The position numbers and the translations under genes are program-made. This document shows, in pieces, positions 30,322-37,442 of a stretch of DNA of 64,000 nt; within the stretch, counting starts at the first letter, position 1; every line of letters begins with the position of its first letter. The stretch lies in the NCBI GenBank assembly GCA_009691805.1, contig SIAK01000002.1, positions 17,627 through 81,626 on the forward strand, in the 5' to 3' direction. The notes beneath the pieces are model-generated. The model did not search any database. It had not been told where the DNA came from and saw nothing but the letters and a program-made list of their open reading frames with translations. This DNA is from Phycisphaerales bacterium. GTDB lineage: Bacteria > Planctomycetota > Phycisphaerae > Phycisphaerales > SM1A02.

Positions 30322-31041
30322 TTGCAACCTGTGAGTTCTGCTGACCTTCGAATCTCGACACCGCTCTCCGCACGGAACGCGAACCCAACGCCCGCGCGTT
30401 TGGGTTGGTATGACCGACTCGAAGCAGCGCTGTCGAAGCTCTCGAATCGAAATCGATTCTGGCATCGAGTCTGCTCACTGATTTGGTTGCCATATGCATT
30501 TCGTTCCGGACTTGCGTTGCGTGGTGTGTTCCGCGGCGATCGCGAGAGTAAGGATTGCCCGAAGGCGCGCTTCTCGGCGGTGCTTCCCTTCCGTCGATTC
30601 AATCGCAATTGGTACAACGCGATGGCTGGCGCGGCGCTGCTTGGTAACAGTGAAGTTGCGGGCGGTTCGTACGTCTTCTCAGAATGTGCCGGCGATTACA
30701 CCGTCGTATGCAAAGAGATGAACTACAAGTTCGTGCGACCGTGCCTTGGACCTGCGGTGTATCGCGTGGTCGATGGCGAAGATCTGCGCGCGAAGCTTGA
30801 AATCGGCGGCGAATTCAATGTCGCGCTCATCATGGAGATTTATCAACAGCTCCATCGACCTGGCAAAGAGTTACTCGTCGGTCGCTGCAACATCACCTTT
30901 CACTGCACACCCAAAGCGATGGTGCGTGAACGCGCTGAACGTCGCCGACAACGGCACATCAGCCGCAACTCGGAGAGCGCAAAGAAGCCGCTCGAGAAGC
31001 CCTCGCGCGACGATGCCTCTGACACTTCTTCCGCACCATGA
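30322..31041 (+). CDS. hot-dog-fold thioesterase-like protein (DUF4442/YiiD_C-like)
   Basis: FNRNWYNAMAGAALLGNSEVAGG...VVCKEMNYKFVRPCLGPAVYRV resembles hot-dog-fold families. The family assignment is from memory only. It uses a TTG or GTG start and has an ATGA overlap with the next gene. Confidence 0.4.
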   Translation: MQPVSSADLRISTPLSARNANPTPARLGWYDRLEAALSKLSNRNRFWHRVCSLIWLPYAFRSGLALRGVFRGDRESKDCPKARFSAVLPFRRFNRNWYNAMAGAALLGNSEVAGGSYVFSECAGDYTVVCKEMNYKFVRPCLGPAVYRVVDGEDLRAKLEIGGEFNVALIMEIYQQLHRPGKELLVGRCNITFHCTPKAMVRERAERRRQRHISRNSESAKKPLEKPSRDDASDTSSAP

Positions 31042-32198
31042 CGCAATCTGAAGTCTGCGAACACACCTCCTCCTCGCGAGGCGCAGGCGCAACAGCGTTC
31101 ATGAATCTTGCGTGGGGATTTTCTCTCGCGACAAGTTGGACATGGTGCATCGGGATGTTCCTTCCGATCATCTTGATGCGATTGTTTGGCTGGCCAGGCG
31201 TTGCAGCGTTCGTGATCCCAAATGTGCTCGGATGCGCGTTGTTTGGATTCGTTCGATCAAGGCAGAAGAGTCGACACGAAGTTGCGTTGCATGGACCGAT
31301 GATGGCGCTGTTTTCCGCGGTGACGATTGCGTACCAAGCGTTCTTCGCAGGTTGGATTTTGGGGCCTCTGCTTGCAGAAGGAACTGCGGGGCGCGCGGGA
31401 GTTGCAGCGCTTGCAGGCGCGGGAATGCTGCTCTTGGGCATGCTCTCACTCCGATTCCTCATCGCGTTGAGCGCGCTCGTTTTTCTCGGCAGCGTCACGG
31501 TCTTGCTCACCCTTCCGCTGTGGGATCTCGCGCCACTGCCAGCGCTCGGCGAACTCTCTCCGACCGCACTGCTCGCCGCAATTCCAACACTCGCGTTTGG
31601 ATTTCTGCTCTGCCCCACGCTCGATCTCACGTTTCATCGCGCACGACAAGAGGCTCCCAACGCGCGCGCGTTCACGATCTTTGGTTTCGCGTTCGCATCG
31701 ATGCTGGTGCTCACGCTTTGCTACGGTTCGATCGCGGGCGCACTCACGAATCCTGCAGTCTTGCTCGCGCACATCGCACCACAACTCGTTGTCACAGGCG
31801 CGATGCACGCGCGCGAATTGCGGAAGCTCGAGACCAACCAGTCGTCGCTCTTCTCCAACACGCCGCTCCGCGCATGGATGCTCGCGCCACTCGCGACTCT
31901 CGCGGGCGTGCTCATCGCAGCCTTCGCGCCGGGCGAAGATTCGTACCTGCGCATCCTCGGCGCGTATGGGCTTCTCTTTCCGGTCTATGTGTTGATCGCG
32001 ATGAGCGGACATCCACAGCGCCCAACTCGCACGACGCTCTTCTGGGTTGCGATTGCAGTCGCCGCATCGATTCCGTTCCTCGAACTCGGATTCATCGGAC
32101 ACACGACGTATCTCCTCCCTCTTGCCGTGGTCATTCCTGGGCTTGCGTACTTCATCGCGAGCGCCGCGCGTGCACGAAATACTGCGAATTCTGAGTAA
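31038..32198 (+). CDS. polytopic membrane protein (about 10-11 TM), function unknown
   Basis: The ORF is strongly hydrophobic along its whole length (e.g. WTWCIGMFLPIILMRLFGWPGVAAFVIPNVLGCALFGF). It is translationally coupled to the upstream hot-dog-like gene. I recognise no transporter family. Confidence 0.5.
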   Translation: MTQSEVCEHTSSSRGAGATAFMNLAWGFSLATSWTWCIGMFLPIILMRLFGWPGVAAFVIPNVLGCALFGFVRSRQKSRHEVALHGPMMALFSAVTIAYQAFFAGWILGPLLAEGTAGRAGVAALAGAGMLLLGMLSLRFLIALSALVFLGSVTVLLTLPLWDLAPLPALGELSPTALLAAIPTLAFGFLLCPTLDLTFHRARQEAPNARAFTIFGFAFASMLVLTLCYGSIAGALTNPAVLLAHIAPQLVVTGAMHARELRKLETNQSSLFSNTPLRAWMLAPLATLAGVLIAAFAPGEDSYLRILGAYGLLFPVYVLIAMSGHPQRPTRTTLFWVAIAVAASIPFLELGFIGHTTYLLPLAVVIPGLAYFIASAARARNTANSE

Positions 32199-32286
32199 TT
32201 GCCTTCCTTTGCGGATCAAAGAAATCTAGTCTGCAGTGGTGCGTTCCAACAACGCACACCGCGTCGCAGGACGAGAGGGCTCACCA

Positions 32287-33771
32287 ATGGCGAATCCACT
32301 CAAGCCACTTCCGAAGAACCAGTTCGACTTCTGGCAGGCGCAGCACCTTCTCGTGCGTGCGGGGTTTGGTGGAACGCCGGAGCAAGCGCGCGCGCTGGCT
32401 GAACTGGGACTTGAAAAAGCTGTCGCTTATCTCGTTGAGTACGAAGCACTCGCTGCGGTGACGGAGCGATCGTTCGATGCGAACATCATGCGTCCTCCGA
32501 CCGCGGAAGAGCGCGCGCTGCAAGAGCGCGCGCGCCGAGACAACGATGAAGCACTTCGCGCGCAGATCCAGCGCGAACGTCAGGATCGCGAGCGCAGCGA
32601 TCGCGAACAACTGCGCGAGATTCAGAAGTGGTGGCTGCAACGCATGATTGAATCAGGTCGTCCGCTTGAAGAGAAACTCACACTCTTCTGGCACGGACAC
32701 TTCGCGACGGGATACCGCACGATTGAAGATAGTTTCCACATGGTCGCGCAGAACGCATTCTTGCGCGAGAACGCGAACGGAAGTTTCCGCACGCTTGTGC
32801 ACGGAATCTTGCACGACCCCGCGATGCTTGAGTATCTCGATAGCGATGAAAATCGCCGTCGCAGTCCCAACGAAAATTTCGCCCGCGAGTTGATGGAACT
32901 CTTCACGCTCGGCGAAGGCAACGGGTATTCCGAACGAGACATCAAAGAAGGCGCGCGTGCGCTGACAGGTTGGACCTTCCGCGACGATGAGTTTTTCTTC
33001 GATCCTTCGCAGCACGATCCGACATCGAAATCCATTCTCGGGCGCAGTGGTGAGTTCGGTGGCGAGGAGTTCGCTGACATTCTGCTCGCGCGCGAGGAAT
33101 GCTCGCTTTTCATCTGCACGAAGCTCTATCGATTCTTCGTGAATGACGCGCCGAAACTCACCGACACGGATCGACTCGCGATTGCGGGGCTCGCCAAGAC
33201 ATTCCGCACTTCGAAGTACGAACTCAAGCCTGTGCTCACGCAGCTTTTTCAGAGCACGCATTTTTACGCACCTGAAAATCGGCTCGCCGTGGTGAAGAGT
33301 CCGATGCAACTCATGGTGCAGGCGATTCGCTCCTTCCGCTGTCCTTCGCGCGAACTCGCGTCGCTCATCTCTGCGGGCGATCTCATGGGTCAGCAGTTGT
33401 TGCAGCCGCCAAGTGTGAAGGGCTGGGATGGCGGACGCGCGTGGATCAATACTTCCACTCTGTTCGTGCGACACAACATCCTCGTCTATCTCCTCACGGG
33501 TCATCGTCCAGAGATTTATGATTGGATGGCAACGACAGATGGATTCGACGCGATGCACTTGGTTGATGGACTCAAGCGCGCGGATGCGAGTTTGGATCCG
33601 AAAGAAACTGTGATGTACCTGTTGCGATTCGCGCTCGGCGCGGAACCTCGGCCTGAGCGAGTCGCGCAGATGCTGCAATTCCTTGAATCACGCGGCAATC
33701 GCATCGACAACGATCGATTGCTCGCACTCCTCGCGCTCATCAGCGCGATGCCTGAGTATCAACTTTGCTGA
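32287..33771 (+). CDS. DUF1800 domain protein
   Basis: LTLFWHGHFAT......AQNAFLRENA.GSFR.L...I..DPAML.YLD...N....PNENFARELMELFTLGEGNGYSE.DI.E.ARALTGWTF is the DUF1800 hallmark. It is followed by its usual DUF1501 partner. Confidence 0.8.
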   Translation: MANPLKPLPKNQFDFWQAQHLLVRAGFGGTPEQARALAELGLEKAVAYLVEYEALAAVTERSFDANIMRPPTAEERALQERARRDNDEALRAQIQRERQDRERSDREQLREIQKWWLQRMIESGRPLEEKLTLFWHGHFATGYRTIEDSFHMVAQNAFLRENANGSFRTLVHGILHDPAMLEYLDSDENRRRSPNENFARELMELFTLGEGNGYSERDIKEGARALTGWTFRDDEFFFDPSQHDPTSKSILGRSGEFGGEEFADILLAREECSLFICTKLYRFFVNDAPKLTDTDRLAIAGLAKTFRTSKYELKPVLTQLFQSTHFYAPENRLAVVKSPMQLMVQAIRSFRCPSRELASLISAGDLMGQQLLQPPSVKGWDGGRAWINTSTLFVRHNILVYLLTGHRPEIYDWMATTDGFDAMHLVDGLKRADASLDPKETVMYLLRFALGAEPRPERVAQMLQFLESRGNRIDNDRLLALLALISAMPEYQLC

Positions 33772-33778
33772 GTTCACT

Positions 33779-35065
33779 ATGACGCAACCCACCGCCTACA
33801 CGCGACGACTCTTCCTGCAGCAAGGCATCACGCTTGCGTCGCTCTTGCCCACCGTGCCGCTCTTCATTCAACAGAGCGCGCTCGGCATGATGCCCGCAAT
33901 GGGCATGAGTTCGATTCCTGGAGTGCCCGACGATCGCATCCTCGTTGTCATTCAACTCGGTGGCGGAAATGATGGGCTCAACACCGTCGTCCCGTTCGGC
34001 AACGATGCGTACTACAACGCGCGTCCAAGCATCGCGATCCCTGCACCCGATGCAGGTCGCGCGGGCAATGCGGGTGCGCTGCTGCTCGACAGTGCGCGCG
34101 GACTTGGGCTCCATCCAAATTTGGCTGGTTTGAAAGAGCTTTTTGACGCAGGACAGGTGAGCGTCGTGCAAGGCGTGGGCTATCCAAATCCGAACCGTTC
34201 GCACTTCACGAGTATGGACATCTGGCACACCGGGCGCACCGATGCAAGTGGAACTGGATGGCTCGGTCGCTACTTTGATTGCACGTGTAACGGCACGCCG
34301 CTGCCTGAGGGTTCCGTGACGATTGGTCGCACCGCACCGCTCGCGCTGGTGGGCGACATTCAGAAGCCCATCGCATTTGAAAGCGCGGATCTCTTCCGTT
34401 GGATTGGATCGGATCTGCACGCATCCCTCGGCACTGAATACGACCGCGTGAATCGCGCAGGAAAACTCGATGGCGTGAAGACGGATTCACAACTCGACTT
34501 CCTCATGCGCACATCACTCGACGCGCAACTCGCAAGCGATCGCATTCGCGCGGCGGTTGCGAAGCAGCCACTCGTGCCCTATCCCGGCGGTGCGCTGTCG
34601 AATCAACTGCGCATGATCGGCGCGATGATTCGTGATGGACTGAAGACACGGGTCTACTACGCATCGCTCGGCGGATTCGACACGCACGGCGGTCAACCTG
34701 GTTCGCACGGTAATCTCATGCGACAGCTCGGCGACGCCGTGCGCGCGTTTCAGAACGATCTCAAAGCGCAAGGCAATGAAGGTCGCGTGATGAGCATGGT
34801 GTTCAGCGAGTTCGGTCGGCGGGTGAAGCAGAATGCATCCAACGGCACGGATCACGGCACTGCCGCACCTGTGTTTGTCATCGGCGCGAACGCGAAACCT
34901 GGAGTCATTGGCGCCCATCCATCGCTGACGGATCTCGATCAAGGCGACCTCAAGTACGGCACGGATTTCCGCTCCGTCTACGCAGCGCTGCTCGCAAATT
35001 GGATGGGCGCGGACAGCACGCGCGTGCTTCGCGGCGAGTACGCGGCAGCGCCAGTCATCGCCTAG
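33779..35065 (+). CDS. DUF1501 domain protein (sulfatase/phosphatase-like fold) with twin-arginine signal
   Basis: A Tat motif TRRLFLQQG is followed by VVIQLGGGNDGLNTVVP...YPNPNRSHFTSMDIWHT...GGFDTHG.Q...H..L...L......F..DL......VMSMVFSEFGRR...N...GTDHG.A.P, typical of DUF1501. Confidence 0.8.
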   Translation: MTQPTAYTRRLFLQQGITLASLLPTVPLFIQQSALGMMPAMGMSSIPGVPDDRILVVIQLGGGNDGLNTVVPFGNDAYYNARPSIAIPAPDAGRAGNAGALLLDSARGLGLHPNLAGLKELFDAGQVSVVQGVGYPNPNRSHFTSMDIWHTGRTDASGTGWLGRYFDCTCNGTPLPEGSVTIGRTAPLALVGDIQKPIAFESADLFRWIGSDLHASLGTEYDRVNRAGKLDGVKTDSQLDFLMRTSLDAQLASDRIRAAVAKQPLVPYPGGALSNQLRMIGAMIRDGLKTRVYYASLGGFDTHGGQPGSHGNLMRQLGDAVRAFQNDLKAQGNEGRVMSMVFSEFGRRVKQNASNGTDHGTAAPVFVIGANAKPGVIGAHPSLTDLDQGDLKYGTDFRSVYAALLANWMGADSTRVLRGEYAAAPVIA

Positions 35066-35075
35066 ACTTTCGCCG

Positions 35076-35360
35076 ATGCCCTCCATTCGCACCGCTGTTT
35101 CTCGCACACTCCTGCTCTCTTCACTTTGCCTTGGAGCATGCGGCGAAACTTCTGTCGCACCTGTCGCAATGAAGATTTCCGTGCATGGCATGCACTGCGA
35201 GGGTTGCGTCGATGCGATCACTGACAAGGTGATGAAGATTGAGGGCGTGCAGAGTTGCGCGGTATCGCTCGAGAAGAGCGAAGCGGACATCAGCGCCGCG
35301 CCATCGCTTCGACCTGCGATTGAAACTGCGATCAAGAAGCTCGGCTACAAGCTTGATTGA
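35076..35360 (+). CDS. heavy-metal-associated (HMA) domain lipoprotein
   Basis: It has a lipobox-like LCLGAC after the signal segment, and the HMA core ISVHGMHCEGCVDAITDKVMKIEGV with the MxCxxC metal site. It begins 10 nt after the DUF1501 gene. Confidence 0.75.
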   Translation: MPSIRTAVSRTLLLSSLCLGACGETSVAPVAMKISVHGMHCEGCVDAITDKVMKIEGVQSCAVSLEKSEADISAAPSLRPAIETAIKKLGYKLD

Positions 35361-36409
35361 GCGAGCGCGCGCTCGATCTCAGCCGCTGCATGCGCGAGGG
35401 TTCCCTTGATGCGCGCACCCGCGGCATGCACATGACCGCCGCCACCGAATGTTGCCGCGAGTTGATTGACATCGAGAAAATCACCGCCCGCGACAGCAGG
35501 CTTCGAGCGGAAACTCACCTTGATAACTCCGTCTTGTTCGACGAGTAACACGCTCGCGCGCAGTGAAGCCGCCATCATCGGAAGATTCACCACGCCCGCG
35601 AGTTCCTCTGGAAGTCCGCCGGTTGCTGCGAAGTCTTCTTTCGACAAACTCATGAGTGCAACGGTGCCGCACGCAAGTGTGCGAAGGCTCGACAACGCGC
35701 GGCTCTCAAGCAACACCCGTTCGAGTCGATGGCATTGCTCGAGACGCGCGTAGATTTCATCCTTGTGAACGCCCGCCGTGAGTAATCGAGCGGCGATCGC
35801 GAACTCGCCGGCACGCGCGTTTGCAAATCGGAACCAGCCCGTGTCGGTCGCAAGACCAACATAGAGCGCTTCCGCGAGGGAGTACCGCCCTGCATCATTC
35901 GCGCCAAAACCAAGGTCAATCTGCAGCTCGTCCGCGAGTCGCACCAAGAGCGCCGTGCACGATCCACACGTCACATCGACAACGCGCGCACTCGCAATCG
36001 CGTCGCCGCGCGCGTGATGGTCGAGATTCACAACCGAATCCACCCGTGCGCGAATCCAGGGCGCGAGCAGTTCAATCTGCGACCACGCGCCAGTGTCGAC
36101 GACGACCGCGAGATCGAATGCATCTCCGGGAAAATGCGGCGCTTTCGGGTCCACGCGCACAACCGCATCGCTGCCGACAACTTCCAAGAGATTCTCTTCG
36201 AACGGCCCGACGATCCAACCCTCCGCCTCAATCGAGAGCGCGCGACACATGCGAAGTACTGCGAGCACGGAGCCGATCGCATCACCATCTGGCTTCGAAT
36301 GCGTCGTGACAAGCACGCGCTTCGCGCTGCGAATCCGAGTCGCGATGTCCGCGAGGTTGCAGTTCGATTGGTAACGGAACAGAGTTTCTTCAGGCGAGAC
36401 GATTTTCAT
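35345..36409 (-). CDS. nrnA: DHH-family oligoribonuclease / pAp phosphatase NrnA
   Basis: VLVTTHSKPDGDAIGS (DHH motif I/II), VVDTG, NLDHHARG (DHH), and DHHA1 GGGGHVHAAGA. Confidence 0.8.
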   Translation of the reverse strand: MKIVSPEETLFRYQSNCNLADIATRIRSAKRVLVTTHSKPDGDAIGSVLAVLRMCRALSIEAEGWIVGPFEENLLEVVGSDAVVRVDPKAPHFPGDAFDLAVVVDTGAWSQIELLAPWIRARVDSVVNLDHHARGDAIASARVVDVTCGSCTALLVRLADELQIDLGFGANDAGRYSLAEALYVGLATDTGWFRFANARAGEFAIAARLLTAGVHKDEIYARLEQCHRLERVLLESRALSSLRTLACGTVALMSLSKEDFAATGGLPEELAGVVNLPMMAASLRASVLLVEQDGVIKVSFRSKPAVAGGDFLDVNQLAATFGGGGHVHAAGARIKGTLAHAAAEIERALAQSSL

Positions 36410-37383
36410 GGAGTGACTCCGCGAACTGACTCAACAATCCTCGCGCGGTCAAGCTCCATTTGGGCGAGCAATGCCTCAAGGCTCTCAAAGCGTACCTGCG
36501 AGCGTATGCATTCGCGGAACTCAATCTCCACCGTCCAACCGTACGCGTCCGCGTCAAGTCGCAGCGGACGAGAATCTGCGCCAAGCAGTGTCGCTTCAAC
36601 CGTTGTTCCCACACCTGCGAAGGTTGGTTTGCTTCCGATGGAAATTGCGGCAATCGCGGGAGTTTCCGCGTTCCACTCGCCCACACGCTGCGCGGTTCGC
36701 GCGAAACCCGCGTAAACGCCGTCGGCGGGCAGCAAGAGTTGATGCGACGCGAGTTCATGCGCATCGAGATTCACCGTTGGCCAGCCCATCGTTCTTCCCC
36801 GCTGATCTCCGCGAGAAACCGTGCCTCGCAAGGTGAATCCGCGGCCAAGCAAGCGCGCGGCGTCTGCGACATTTCCATCGCGAAGGAAATCGCGGATCCG
36901 TCCCGAGCGCGCTTCCACAATCGAGCCATCGCGAAGCGCGATCTGCACGGCTGGCACTTCAACAACTTCAAATCCGAGTTTCAATCCGAGCGCGCGAAGG
37001 AGTTCCATCGTTCCTTCACGACCGCGACCGAATCGAAAATCGCCACCTTCCACGATGCGATCGAAGCGCAGGCGCGCGTGGAGATCGGTGATGAACTCGA
37101 CCGCGCTACGTCCGAGAAGTTCAAACGTGGGACGCAAGATCTCCACAGTTGTGGCGCCACTGAACTTCAATTGCTTAATCCGATCGTCAAGACTTTGCAG
37201 CCGTTCGATCTTGCAATGCGGATCGAGAATCGCCCTTGGCGGCGGATCAAAGGTGATCACGCGGACTTCAGAGCGCGCAGAATGCACTCCACCGGCAACT
37301 CGGGTGGAGTTCTGAGCAGCGCCCAAGAGCGCTTGGTGCCCAAGATGGACGCCATCGAAGTTGCCGAGAATGATCGTCTGCAT
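36406..37383 (-). CDS. ribF: bifunctional riboflavin kinase / FMN adenylyltransferase
   Basis: IILGNFDGVHLGHQALL (FAD synthetase motif)...ITFDPPP..., and the riboflavin kinase part G.V..G...GR..G.PT.N......P.DGVYA......IGSKPTF. The start was trimmed to the ATG at 37383. It overlaps nrnA by 4 bp. Confidence 0.88.
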   Translation of the reverse strand: MQTIILGNFDGVHLGHQALLGAAQNSTRVAGGVHSARSEVRVITFDPPPRAILDPHCKIERLQSLDDRIKQLKFSGATTVEILRPTFELLGRSAVEFITDLHARLRFDRIVEGGDFRFGRGREGTMELLRALGLKLGFEVVEVPAVQIALRDGSIVEARSGRIRDFLRDGNVADAARLLGRGFTLRGTVSRGDQRGRTMGWPTVNLDAHELASHQLLLPADGVYAGFARTAQRVGEWNAETPAIAAISIGSKPTFAGVGTTVEATLLGADSRPLRLDADAYGWTVEIEFRECIRSQVRFESLEALLAQMELDRARIVESVRGVTP

Positions 37384-37442
37384 GACAATGTCCGCTTCCC
37401 TCTCACCGCCCCCCAGTGGGGCAGCAATTGGCTCTACAGCAT

